Origin: Eutreptiella sp. 'Long Island Sound 2002'
Lineage: Eukaryota > Protista > Euglenida
Direction: 5' to 3'
NCBI GenBank assembly: GCA_964036045.1
Contig: OZ038378.1
Coordinates: 190,526,001-190,590,000, forward strand
DNA length: 64,000 bases
The position numbers were made by a program, and so were the translations under genes. Positions 46,738-58,427 of the stretch are shown one piece after another. Below the pieces are notes generated by a model. That model made no database searches. It had not been told where the DNA came from and was given only the letters and a program-made list of their open reading frames with translations. Each line of letters begins with the position of its first letter. The first letter of the stretch is position 1.

Positions 46738-48566
46738 TTTAGGTTTAGGCCTAGTAGGGCCGTACACTATTGGCTTCTCGTTGAGGGCCTCACACCTTAG
46801 CGTTTGGAGAGCGGCCACCGCTGGCGCTAGGGCCTGGTCGTGCACCCTGTGGATGAGGCCCCTCACGCTGTGTGTGTGGCAGCCGCGGTCTCGCTCTGCT
46901 TCGTGCGCCCCGCCTCGTCTCTACTGCTGCTATGCTGCAGTGTACACCGCAGGCATTCTCTGCAATTTGTGCATGGTCTACACAGTGCTGCTGCTTCAGC
47001 TTCTGTGCTGTATTCTTCACTGCAGTCATCCGCGGCAGTGTCAACTGTCCAAGCAGTGCTGCTGCCTCTGCAATGCAGCTTCTGTGCTGCAGTTTTCATT
47101 GCAGTTGTCTGCAGCAGCGTCAGCACTGTCCACGCGGTGCTGCTGCCTCTGCACTGCAGCTTTTGGGCTGCACTCTACACGGCAGTCGTTCGCTGCTCCA
47201 TCACCACTGTCTACACAGCTTCATTGCTATAAGCCTTTTGCTGCACCCCAGTCCCGTTACCAATCGAGGGACTATTGGGGCGTCTGCCTACTTGCTGCTC
47301 ACCTTCTCACTGGCGGAGCACTTGCCTGTTGCTCCTGTGCTGCAGCTCATTGCAGCCAACCCCTGCCCCATTACCAATCTAGGGGCTATGCCCCATTACC
47401 AATCTAGGGGCTATGGGGGTGTTGCACCAGCAGCCCGTTTGCTGCTGTTGTTGTGCCACAGTGGTTGCAGTGCTCGTTTTGTGCTGCAGCTCATGTGCTG
47501 CACCTCATTGCAGCCAACCCCTGTCCCGTTACCAATCGAGGGGCTATGAGGGTGTTGCACTAGTAGCACATCAGTTGCAGCTCGTTTCATGCTGCAGCTC
47601 ACTAGCTCTCTGTAGCCAACCCCGTCCGATTCTGAATCAGTGTGCCACCAGCACATCAGCACATCAGTAGCTGCTATCGTGCTGCAGTTAGTTTCCACGG
47701 CTCGCTTCATGCTGCAGCTCCTACGCTGCAGCCCATTGCAGCCGACCCCCGCCCCGTTACCGATTCAGGGGCTATGGGGAAGCTACAATAGTAGCCTGAC
47801 ATCTTGACATCTGCTGCTGTCAATGTTACAGAATGCTGCAACTCATTTCGTGCTACAGCTCCCGTGTTGCAGCTCACTACAGCCAACCCTGCCCCGTTAC
47901 CAATCTACAATCTAGGGGCTATGGGGGAGCTGCACCAGCAGCACCTCAACTGCATCTATTGTGGCAACCGTTGTGTTGCAGTAGCTGCGGCTCGCACAAT
48001 GCTGCTGCCTCTGCACTGCAGCTTCTTCTGTGCTGCAGTGTTCACTGCAGTTGTGGGCTGCAGCATCAGCACCGTCTACATGGTGCCGATGCCTCTGAAC
48101 GCTCTTGGTTTCCTTCGTTGGTTTCGCATTGTGTGGCTTGCGTGATTTTCTTCCGTCGCGGTGCTCTGTGTGCGTGCGCCGTTCGCACCACGCCGCGGTG
48201 CTCATCGTGGACGCGTTCATCGGCCTCGGTTGCAGGGACCGAGGAACAGGGGCCACGCCTTGATCAACTGACGCTGGCGCAACATTGTCTACACAGCATC
48301 CTTGGGCCTCTATTTATTCACCATGTAAACTCATGGTGCCGGGCGCCGCGGGGTTTGGGACCGCCTGCTGCTCAGGGATGGGCTTTGGGGGTTCGTGTTG
48401 CTGATGTGTGTGGTGTGTTTGTTTTAGCTTGAGTTACACCGAAGCTCACGCATTATGCGGCGTTTGTGCGTCAACGCACACGGCGTCTCATCTCCGAGGT
48501 TGCGCCTGCTCGGAGGTTGGGTGCTCTCAGTCGCCCACATATACACGTTTGCTGAAGGGTCCATCC
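46738..48566 (-). mobile_element. 5'-truncated retroposon end A in (TCCC)n; tail (CCTAAA)2; contains the CTG/CAG minisatellite
   Basis: 3' motif homologous to ends B and D; bounded by GGGA tracts at 46620-46737 and 48567-48598. Confidence 0.6.
46925..48080. repeat. Degenerate CTG/CAG-rich minisatellite with two interleaved unit types
   Basis: Recurrent gtgctgctgcctctgcactgcagctt units and ~6 recurrences of ccc(g/a)ttacc(a/g)at.(g/t)aggggctatgggg. Confidence 0.75.
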
Positions 48567-48598
48567 GGGGAGGGGAGGGAGGGGAGGGGAAGGAGGGA

Positions 48599-48695
48599 TT
48601 AGGTGAGATTAGGTTAGTTGGGCCGTGCGGTATCGGTTGCTCAGGAGCGGCCTCTCGCTTTGCCGGTGGCGGTCTCCGGCGGACGCTAGGGCAAT
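48599..48695 (-). mobile_element. 97-bp retroposon 3' end B in (TCCC)n
   Basis: CGGCAAAGCGAGAGGC..GAG..ATACCGCACGGC then a CTAA-type tail; GGGA tracts on both sides. Confidence 0.6.
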
Positions 48696-48735
48696 GGGAG
48701 GGAGGGAGGGAGGGAGGGAGGGAGGGGAGGGAGGA

Positions 48736-49186
48736 TTTTTGGAGTTGGATTTGGAGGCTAATCTTAAGGCTCACAGGCCGCCTGGGGTGGAGCACGATGG
48801 CGTCCCCGACGACTATGCATATTGGCCGGCCATGCCATGTGAGATGCACTACCGGGGCCCTCAATGGACCCTTCCCTCCCCCTTGGCCCGGAGGTAGTGC
48901 TTGGGCCACGCTCCGCTCAGCACGCGGAGCGATCGGGGCTCCACCCCGAGGCCCCATCCCGGCGCCCGTTGTGGGAGCGTAGGGCCACTTGGACCCTGTC
49001 CCCTCTCCTGCCACTGCCCCCTGCACTGCCCTTGCACTGCCCTTGGCGCCGCCCCCCCGCTCAGCCTCTACCACAGTCCTGACTCGCACTGGCCATTGCC
49101 CTTGCCACGGTCCCTCATTTTAACCCCCCCTCGGCCCGCTGCCCATGCCTTTGCACCTGCCCCTGCCCCTGCACGCCTTGGACACC
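48736..49186 (-). mobile_element. 5'-truncated retroposon end C in (TCCC)n; CCAAAT/CCAACT-type tail
   Basis: Minus ORF (…VVHLTWHGRPICIVVGD…) runs into a short repeat tail abutting TCCTCCC; GGGA tracts on both sides. Confidence 0.5.
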
Positions 49187-49220
49187 GAGGGAGGGAGGGG
49201 AGAGGGGAGGGAGGGAGAGA

Positions 49221-50751
49221 GTATGGTTTTGTGGTTTCTGGTTTGTGGATGACCCGCCCAAGGCTCCGGCACATGAGGGGCTCCCAACCGCCACAGGGCG
49301 GCTTACTTGGTCCCGCCGTGGTGGGTCGAAGCGGGCAGCCCGTGGCAGCACCCCGCGCCACCGGGGGCCAAAGCCTGCCAAGTTTCATTGGGGGGGGGGG
49401 GGGGCTCCGCTTTCTGTGTGGGTAGGTGAGTGCATGGGGAGGAGTGGGCATCACCTGTGCCGGGGCGGCGGAGTTGATGTTGGAGAAGGTCCGGCCTGGG
49501 TCCGTGCGGTTGCGGCTGGCAAGGCATAACGGGGTCCATGAAGTGCCACCGCTTCATGCATTGCCCCAACACGTTTCACCTCGTGAAAATGGGGCCTAGC
49601 GGTGCTGTCTGGTGGCGGGTCAATGTCCTTGGGGTGTTTTTGTGGCTGTGTGGTGGCCCCAAGGGTTGTTCTTGCTGCACGTCTGCACCCATGCGGTTGC
49701 GTGGCGCTCTGTCGCGGTGTCGCGTGCAGGGGGGGGCAAGACGGGCAGGGCGAGCACTGCGCGTGGTATCGTCTAATTTTTGGGCCATTTGTGCATGTCC
49801 AAAGGCGAACCACTGGCGCGCCCGACAGAGAGTCCGTCAGGGAGGTCATCTTGCATTAGCGATACCGTTAGGCGTGCCTGGAGGTCACAGAGATCGGAGG
49901 TACGCACTAGCAACACCAAGCTGCTGTCCTCCGGGCTAGGGCTGCCATTTGGATGACCTTGTGCAGGGTGCTACCAAGGGCGTCGACGACCCACGCGCTT
50001 GTGAACTAAGGGGGCGCTGTGGGGGGAAGGGGGATGTAGGGGGTTGCGCCGGTGCTCACCCGCCACGAGCGGCAGCGACGGAGCATCCAGCCAAGGACCA
50101 CACGGAGGACGTGCACGGGCGCTGGAGGGGGGGATGGGGCGGGGGACCAGAGCGTGGGGACCGATGCTAGGGCCTGGCGCAGGGTGGGGGGGGGGGGGGT
50201 GCTGTGCTAGGGCGACGTGGTGGTCGGCTGCTACCGCGGCACACTGGGCGTAAAGGAGGGGGTCGTCGCCCACGACCTTCCAGGAGCCGTTGAGGTTGAC
50301 GAGAAGTTGAAAGGGGGGCGGCGGCGCAGCAGGTGGTCGGTGATGTCGGACGGGCCAGGTGGCAGTATGGGCAGACCACGCTGCCATACCCCGGGGGATG
50401 GCGCTAGGTGGAGAGCAGGCGGTGGAGCATGGTGGTGTGGACTGCACGCGGCTCGGTGGTGTGGACTGCACGCGGCTCGATGGAGGCATTGTCAGCAGAG
50501 TTGTCAGGGACGCCATCCCACCCTCCCGCCCACCCATCCTCCCTCCCTGACCCTCGGAAGGCGGCAGAGGCGATCACCCTCCGCCACAGCATTGCAAAGT
50601 ACTCCCGGCATTTCCCACCGCTGGACCCCTCCTGGTCCTCCTCCCATCTCGTCGAAGTCGTCGTCCCCATGTTTCCCTCGGGCGATGCTAGTCCCCGGCG
50701 GCGAAGGGCCATGCCCCGCTCGTCTCGTGGGTGGTTGCTGGTGCACGCCGT
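49221..50751 (-). mobile_element. 5'-truncated degenerate LINE end E in (TCCC)n; (AAACCA)n-like tail
   Basis: Frameshifted CPYC...DHLLRR finger at ~50310-50380, similar in type to the finger in element D; GGGA tracts on both sides. Confidence 0.55.
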
Positions 50752-50795
50752 GGGAGGGAGGGAGGGAGGGAGGGAGGGAGGGAGGGAGGGAGGGA

Positions 50796-53700
50796 TTCAG
50801 GTTCAGGTTCAGGATCGCCGTACGCTATTGGCTTACCTCGGAGGCAGCCTCACGCCTTGCCGGTTGAGAGCGGCCGCCGGCGGTCACGAGCGCGGCTTTA
50901 CCCAGAGCCACTCATAGCGACGGGAGGGGTGCAGCCCGTCGCGTCGCTCTGCTGGCAAGGCGTGCGCTAGCGGCGCACGACGTCGCTGCGGCTGGTCCGG
51001 GGAAGGCACGCCGGGATCCACCTTGCTGGCCCCTTGTCCCGTTGTATACGCTCCCCTTCGCGGCTGTGCCGCTTCTCTCCTGTTCTTGCTCCTGCTGCGG
51101 TCTCTGCTTTGTGCCCGGGGAGTGCGTGTTTGCTGGTGTTTCACGGTAGCGCCGCTTGCTGGTTGTTTGGTCGTGGAGTGTGCTGGTGGGTGTCTGGTGG
51201 TTCCTGCCCTGCTCGTAGGATGTTTGCCGGCGGGGTGGTGTGTCTGGTAGGCTGGTGGAGTGGTGCTTGGTTTATTGGGCGTGCATGTCCCTGCACCGCC
51301 GAAGCCTGGGCCACCGCTCTCTGTGGCAGCGTGCTGCCATACCCCCTGTCCTCACCTGCCACCTCCCTGCCCTGACACAAGACGCGGGCATTGGACATGT
51401 ATATTTCATTCGCATGGCTGAGGGCGCGGCGCTGTAAACGGGTGATTGTCCCATGGCACCCCATGTGTGATGACGACCTGTGCGTCCTGTCCTGTGTAGA
51501 CGGTTCGAACCGGGGCATAAGCCAATAGTTCTGTCGCTGCACTCCATAGGCAGGGCAAGACATATACTCGGGGGCACCACCCCGTCGTGAGGGCTTGCAG
51601 GCGGTGCCATTGCTGGGGTGAGGCCCCCAGTGCACAGACGATATATAGCTCATCAGGGGTGAGCGAGGGCGCCGGAAGGGCGAGCGCTGGTGCGTTGGCA
51701 AGGTACAGCCCACTCCAAGGCAGGAGTCGCATGACAAAGGTCAGAAGGAAGCTTTGATCTATGGGGAGTTGTTCAGATGGATCGAGGATGACGCGAGTGT
51801 GACAGTCTGGATATGTCGGCGTCCTCCACGCAACAGGGCGTGCTGAGATGGTGTGGGGGATGGCCCGTAGCACCTCGGGCAGCGTCTGTCTGGGTCGTAG
51901 TGGGCCTGTGATGCTGGAGAGACGGCGCATGAGGGACGACTGGTCTTCTGGGCCAATAGCTGGGGGTTGACCGGGGGGAGACCGAACGTGCCAGAGGCCT
52001 GCCAGTGAATACACCACCGCAGTCTGCATAGCTTGACTGGGTACTGGGACTGACGTGCCAAACTGAACACCGAAGGCTATGGAGGTGCGGGGGTCGCACA
52101 GGGTGATTCCATCGCTGGTCATCCACGCCGTGAGCTGCAAGGGCGTCACCCCGATTAGTTCAGTGGCGCGTAGGACATACGAGCTGGTCCATAGGACGCT
52201 GGCCGCTCGGATGAGGGCCGCGCAGGCGTAGGGGCAGTGATCCCGGATGTGCGAGGGGAGATGATGCACTGAGGTGAGGCAAAAGGGGCAGGGGTAGCAG
52301 CCCACTTCTGCTGGGGAGGGGGCCAGGGCGTAGAGACGGAACTGCATGGTCCGGTACACGTCAGCTTCAGGGAGCTCACCACGTTGGTGTAGCAGCTGCC
52401 AGGGCTTGGCGTCCCAATCGTTGAGGCGGCGTACCATTGGCGCACTGGTGACTCGGTGGTACAACCCATCCATGGCTGGTCCAATGTCGTACAGGGGCCC
52501 GCCGTCGATGGAGCCCAGGGTACAGCTTGTGAGGGCTTCGGGGAGGGGTATGGTGCGGGGCTTGGCCATCGGGAGGGCGTTCTGGGAGAGGTCGTGTGCG
52601 CGACGATTAAGCAGTGACAGGATGTCTTCGTGGTGGGTGGCGTGCTGTGCCTGCGTCCACACGTCGTTGTACCGCAGCCCCTCACAGGCGGCCATGATAT
52701 GGCGGAAGTACCGCGCCAGGACGGTATGTGCGGGCGGGCCACGGGTGAGGCGATGGGTACAGGTATCAGTGGAGTCCGTGACAAGGATGACCAGCCCGGA
52801 CCACAGCCTCAGGAGCCACAGGGGGATGAGTCGAGCGAACCACTCGGCTATGGTGCTAGTGGGCGCATAGATGGGGAAGGCTGCCTCAACGGTAAATAGT
52901 TCGCCCACTGTCGGCTGCCACGCTACGGCGGCGATGCCCACTCGGTCGTGGCGCACTGCAGCGTCATAGGCAAGCAGGATAGTGGAGGCGTGCCGCAGAG
53001 CATCGGTGGTGCCTGTGATGTGGAGGCGGCAAGGGGAGAGTGTAGGGCCCGGGATAGAGTGTAGCTGAAATCCGTGGGGTTGGAGGACGCGGAGGATGTG
53101 TGGGGTGTCGGACAATGGGTGTCCGTCGTGGAGGAGGTATTGGGCGCCCGCCCGGGCGAGGGGGTGCCTGCAGGTTGCCGCACGCAGGAGAGTTGCGGCA
53201 AGCTGCACCACATTGCGTAGGTACAGTGCCGGGCATCCGGCTCCGCCGAGGTGGAGGGAGCTGCAAAGGAACCATACCGGTGTCCATTTGGGAAGACGGT
53301 ACACTCGTCGGTAATGCCGATTGGTAATCACCTGTAGAGCTGTGAGGGACGGTTGTGGGAGGAGAACGCCGTGGGTGATGTAATCCAGTTTGGCCAGAGC
53401 ATACATGTAGAAGGCTCGAATCCTGAGGACGGGATTCATGGGGTCTCCTGTAGCCAGCCTCGCCCCTGTGCGGCGGAATACTGGGATGACCTTGGCCAGA
53501 GCGCGACGAACAGGGAGCTGCGAGAGCAGGGGTATACCCACGAGCGTCGGGGGCTGTGCCTTGGTCTTGGCGTCCATGTCTGGCACTATGGCTACAACAT
53601 GGTGCAGGGTGTCAGTTGCCATGCTCACGAGGTAGTACTCCAGCTTGCCTGGGTTCGGGACCCTGCCCACTGCTCGGGAGCGTTGGATGCACTCTGTGAC

Positions 53701-53849
53701 TGCCTGTACAACGCGGCGGAGTGAGGGGGCTGTGAAAATGCGGTCATCGCTGAAGCCCGCCCGGGAGCAGGGCAGTGGGCCGCGGGGGCTGGGGAGGGAC
53801 ACGTCGCTATAGACCGTCATGGTGGTGTTCAGGCACGCCTGAGTGCCCT
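50796..53849 (-). mobile_element. 5'-truncated LINE D (RT C-terminal half, RNase H-like, CCHC finger) in (TCCC)n; tail (CCTGAA)3
   Basis: GGGA tracts at 50752-50795 and 53850-53885; contains the 804-aa ORF. Confidence 0.8.
51406..53820 (-). CDS. Truncated LINE ORF2: RT (FSDD), RNase H-like, zinc finger
   Basis: GFSDDR, NPGKLEYY, LAYDAA...IAEW...VTDS...WTQAQH...NRRAHDL, CPFC...HIRDHC. Confidence 0.8.
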   Translation of the reverse strand: MTVYSDVSLPSPRGPLPCSRAGFSDDRIFTAPSLRRVVQAVTECIQRSRAVGRVPNPGKLEYYLVSMATDTLHHVVAIVPDMDAKTKAQPPTLVGIPLLSQLPVRRALAKVIPVFRRTGARLATGDPMNPVLRIRAFYMYALAKLDYITHGVLLPQPSLTALQVITNRHYRRVYRLPKWTPVWFLCSSLHLGGAGCPALYLRNVVQLAATLLRAATCRHPLARAGAQYLLHDGHPLSDTPHILRVLQPHGFQLHSIPGPTLSPCRLHITGTTDALRHASTILLAYDAAVRHDRVGIAAVAWQPTVGELFTVEAAFPIYAPTSTIAEWFARLIPLWLLRLWSGLVILVTDSTDTCTHRLTRGPPAHTVLARYFRHIMAACEGLRYNDVWTQAQHATHHEDILSLLNRRAHDLSQNALPMAKPRTIPLPEALTSCTLGSIDGGPLYDIGPAMDGLYHRVTSAPMVRRLNDWDAKPWQLLHQRGELPEADVYRTMQFRLYALAPSPAEVGCYPCPFCLTSVHHLPSHIRDHCPYACAALIRAASVLWTSSYVLRATELIGVTPLQLTAWMTSDGITLCDPRTSIAFGVQFGTSVPVPSQAMQTAVVYSLAGLWHVRSPPGQPPAIGPEDQSSLMRRLSSITGPLRPRQTLPEVLRAIPHTISARPVAWRTPTYPDCHTRVILDPSEQLPIDQSFLLTFVMRLLPWSGLYLANAPALALPAPSLTPDELYIVCALGASPQQWHRLQALTTGWCPRVYVLPCLWSAATELLAYAPVRTVYTGQDAQVVITHGVPWDNHPFTAPRPQPCE

Positions 53850-54074
53850 GAGGGAGGGAGGGAGGGAGGGAGGGGAGGGGGGGACGGAGGGGCAGTGGGA
53901 CTGGCTTCCATGCTCACCCACAACAATGTCCCCCTCCCCGACACACTGAAGACGTCAACCAACAAAAGCAGGGCACACAGAAGACATCGCACCGCTAGAG
54001 CTGGCCCAATACCTGGTCCAATGCACATTCCGTACAGCGGGGGCCAGCGAGGGGGGCAGCCTATTCGAATTCTA

Positions 54075-54545
54075 ATCCCCCCCCCCCTTCCCCCCAGACC
54101 CCCCAAAGTTTTCGAACCCGTCTTTCTCCAAATTGAGATTTTGGCGGAAAGTGAAGGCGCCGAATTTTTTTTTTTGTGTCCTGAGGGGGTAATTTTTTTT
54201 TTTTACCCTACGTGTCTATACTCAAAATACTCAGGATTTGGTGGAGAATTCAAAAATGGGTGAAAAACACACAAAAACCTTTGACCCCCGACCTGACCTC
54301 CGGGTCAGACCTTGGCGGATGGGAGCCTGAGCTAATGGGCAAATTTTTCTGAAAAAAATTTTTCCCCAGTTGTGTATGTTCAAAATGATCAGCGCGTCAT
54401 CGGGATCATTTTGAGGTATCTATGTTGGGTTACCCACTGACCCCCCCTTGGGAGCCCGGTGGCTGACCGGCCAACCCCCCCCCCCCCCCCTCCAGACCCC
54501 CAAAAGTTTTCGCACCCGGTTGGGGTCCAGAATTTGAACAGGCTG
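54075..54545. repeat. Short dispersed repeat with internal direct repeats (poly-C-agacccccaaagttttcg.accc) and small hairpins
   Basis: Matching segments at ~54078 and ~54476; hairpin caaaatgatc...gatcattttg at ~54381-54412. Confidence 0.4.
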
Positions 54546-55621
54546 CCCCCCTCGGGGGCCAGCTCCCGTGTATCCGCAGCAAGGCCTCGATGGAGCTGCT
54601 GAACATGCAGGGGCGCTGCGAGATCAGGTGCTGGCCGCCGGGGCCCTGCAGGGCGTGCCATGGGACGTCCCACAGGGGGCCCTCGGGAAGGAAGCAGATG
54701 CAGGCGCACAGCAGGACAGGGGACGCCGCCACTTGTCAGCATGAGAAAGGGGCTACCCTTGGAGCCCGCCTTCTGGGGGGCTCCAAGGCTGACTGGGGGC
54801 TACCGCTTGCCTCATCCCCGCCTGGTCCACCGACTAGCCCCCACGACCAGAACCAATCATAAGAGGTTGCAATTCTTGCAACCGGCATCCCCCTCTTTTT
54901 AAAAAGTTCCCCCGCCATCTTGGTACCGATTTTATGGCCCATGCTGTCATGAGCACATTATCTTGAGCCTGTCATTGTGCTCCCCACCAGCTGAGCCGCA
55001 AGCTCTCCACACAGCGATGCTGTGCATGTTCGTGTGTCTGTGCTTTGTCTCTGTCTTGGGTGTTGTTGTGGCGGTGTGTGTGCTGGTGCTGCACCGCATG
55101 TCTCCAACAACAGCCACGCTCAGCCCCGCTCGACCTGAAAACGAGTGACGCTTGTCCCCGCCTTCTCCGGCCAAGCGCCAGCCCCAAGTTGGCTCCAAGG
55201 GCCCCTAGTGCCACACTTGCCATCGTTCAGCACCTCAGTTCCCCGATCTCCATCAAAAAGGCAGAGGTTCAGCTGCCAGACAATGAATGAATGAAGCCTC
55301 TACATGCAAACCGGCAGTTGCCCTAACCACTGCCGACTCCCACAGCTGTTGTACCTTTGCCGTGCACTTGTGCGGCCCCACTCAGATCCCGACCCTAACG
55401 CAACCTCCCCCCCCCCCTTCCCCCCTGCAGGCCCTGAGGTCCCCCGGTCGCCGTCGCGGTGGCGGAGGCCGCACGCTGTGGGTTACGCGGCGCCTCCCCT
55501 GTCGACGCGGGAACGTCCCCCTCCGCCGACCCACGGTTTCCACCGACCGCCTGTCGGGCTCACAGGGGAGCGGGAGTGCCATCCGACCCGACCGCTCCCA
55601 TTTCTTTGCCCCGTTTCGCAG

Positions 55622-55803
55622 GTCTCCAGCGACACAACCGGACCGCCCTGCTTCTGGGGCACGGCTGCCAGGGGACGGGACAGTGGCCAGAATGCTTGCC
55701 CTTGGCAAACCTCCGCGTCCCAGCCCTCGGCATGGCTCGGCACAGTCCTCTGGGCTGCCAAGCTCCGGTGCCGGCGACGTACAGGACGACGGGTCGGATG
55801 CAG
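55622..55803 (+). CDS. Host gene exon (SPATQPDRPASGARLPG...DDGSDA)
   Basis: tttcgcag| acceptor and CAG|gt donor; open frame. Confidence 0.6.
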
Positions 55804-56254
55804 GTGTGTCACCCTGCAGCTTGCAGGGGGGGGGGGGGGGCATGGCACTCTTGCACCGGAGCCCCAAGCCTCGGTACAAGTTTCGGTATGACTACTCCAA
55901 CACACACACACACACACACACACACAAACCGGAGACATCGCTGAGAGAAAGGGCACAGAAGGTACAGCACAGGCTCTTTCAATAGTCCAGCATAACTCAG
56001 GTCAGTCTACCTCCGTGTGCAGTCGCAAGCTCGCCCATGGGGGCCCTTGCACAGGGGTCGGTGCATGTGCATGAAACACGTGGGCTGCAGCGCGGTAGGG
56101 GTGCACTCAGTGTACATAGTGTTGCTGTTGTGCGGAGAGGGCGGAAAGGGGGCAATGGGAGCCCGGATTGAACATTACTTCAGTGTGGACAGAGCTGTAG
56201 ATGTGCTGTATGATAGCAAACGCCATGAGTTTGATTCAAATCATCGGGCGGCAC

Positions 56255-56286
<32 letters not shown>

Positions 56287-56789
56287 CTTGACACTGCCGG
56301 CGGGAACCAAGCGCCAAGTCGTGCCGCTACCGCATCGGCGAGCAGTTCTCAAAAATGGGGCACATGTCCCGACATCCAACCGCCATCAATAAACCCAAAG
56401 GAAGAAATGTTCGCCTCCATGACTGCCCACCTGCCCTTGACCCCGGTCATTTAGCCCGTGTGTCTTCCCGTGTTCTCAGTGCAATCCGTGGCTTCCGCAC
56501 AATCCGTGGCGTCCTCTATGGGATATAGTTCCACAACGGAAAAGCATGTCAACTTCAGGTGTGTGGTCTACAAGCGCGGCAGTGCTGTTTTGCAATGAAG
56601 AGGGGGAGGGGCTGACGTGTCCGAGCCCCCCCCCCCCCCCCGCAGGACCCCCCAACCCACAGCGATGGACAACTGATCTGGGCCCAGCGCTGCCCGGACC
56701 GGTGCACGGAATGGTTTCCCCCGCTTCATGCATCCCCCCTCCCTTCCATTTGTGGTGAACGGTAAAAGGACATACCCCCTGGACTTGTG

Positions 56790-57152
56790 TATTTTCAAAA
56801 TGCCCAGAACAAGACATGGAATTCAAAAAGACCAGGGACCCGTGTACGGCCCTACTGTATGCGCATCGACCCTGCTGACCCATGCTGGTGTCCCTCCTTG
56901 ATATGGTTCTGTCGCATTGCGCCTCCCGGGGCTCGCCAAGAGGTGGGGGGGTCCAAGCCCTCCTTGGCTCAGCAACTGACCCCCATGTGTGCCAGCATCC
57001 AGGATCCAAAAAGGCCAATGCCCTCCTTGGTATGGTTCTCCCGCTCCTGTACGCCAGCTTGCGCACATTTGTGCACACACGTGCATGCACATGTGCAAAC
57101 ATCAACACATATGTACCGTGTGCACCTACATGCACAACCGCACGCACGCATG

Positions 57153-57183
<31 letters not shown>

Positions 57184-58100
57184 ACACCCCGTGGATGCGT
57201 GGTCCTTTGCCAATATCTGGAGAGCAAGGGCACGGACGGTTCGGATAGAGGAGAGGCAAGACTCAGAGGTATGGGAGCACCTACGGGAGTTCAATGTGCC
57301 GCCTAGGCTCTACCACTTCGTTTGTGGCGGAAAGTGCCGGTAGCGGCCAGGATGTTCGCATTTGGGCTGGTGTCCACGCCGGACTGCACCCTCTGCTCAC
57401 GACCAGAGGATCACACACACATATTGAAGCGATGCCCATATTTATCAATTCCCTTTTCAGTCATCAGAAGGTTATGGGGGGCGGTAGTCAACGACAACTC
57501 ATGGATCGAACCCTCCAAGTTGTGCCTCGAGCACAGTTCGATATCTCTGCATTCGGTACAAGGATGGCTGTGCTGGGCAGCCATCTACGCGAGGTGGCTT
57601 ATCCGATGTGAATATATCTCTTTTCAGCGGGTGGACGCCACGACAGCAGTTTTGCAAAGAAGGTACTCTGTGATCCAACTATGGGGCTCCCTTTCGCAAG
57701 GGGCGCTACCGGCCAGTGTGGTCAAGACCACGCTACATGCAATAGCGCAATTCCTTCAGATCAGGCAAAGCTCGGCGGTACTGCCGGTTCCCAGACAGCA
57801 ATGGTATTTTCGTTTGGGTTTCTTCGAGCCACACCAACGTACTAAACGGAAGAGAGCCTGCCAACTGGTAGCAGCAGCAAGCCCCCCTTCCCTCTCGGTA
57901 TGTACGGCGGCTCTACGCTTCCCAGGGGGCCCTATGGCGGGAGGCGCCAGCTTCGGGCACGGCGGCAGGGGAAACTTTCACAGGGTGTTTGAACACGACA
58001 TATCTCCACTTCAGGGCGAATGTGCGGTACTGGCACAGGTCCTCAGAGACACACCACAGGATGTTCCCCTGAATTTTTCTTGTCAAGACTCGGAGTTAAG
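56790..58100 (+). mobile_element. Degenerate 5'-truncated L1/Tx1-type LINE fragment with zf-RVT domain
   Basis: WRKVPVAARM...CTLCSRPEDHTHILKRCP...WLCWAAIYARW in ORF 57322-58212; interrupted by (CA)n at ~57150-57190. Confidence 0.7.
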
Positions 58101-58212
58101 GGTCAATGTGCCTGAAAAAGTGTTACAGGGGCGGACGTTGGCGTGGTCCGCAAGAGTGGACAGTGCGTGGCCCCTGCTAGTATATGTATATTACGGACTG
58201 CTGTACCTCTAG

Positions 58213-58427
58213 GGATACGTCGGTGATATGGACACACACAGCACACTCGTCTCATTCAGAACTCCAAACACTATTAAAGTCGGCAAGTGAGCACTCGCTC
58301 GAGTGTGGCTCAGCCGGGGGGCAACTTGGGTCACCAAAAGGTGCACCAGGCTCGCCGGACAGGGCAGCAGGCTCGCCAGTCAGCTTGGGAACGGACACAG
58401 ACGGTTCGTCCGAATACTCCCCCCTGG
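58213..58427 (+). CDS. Probable host gene exon (DTSVIWTHTAHSS...GSSEYSPL)
   Basis: cctctag| acceptor, S/P-rich open frame; donor unclear. Confidence 0.45.
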
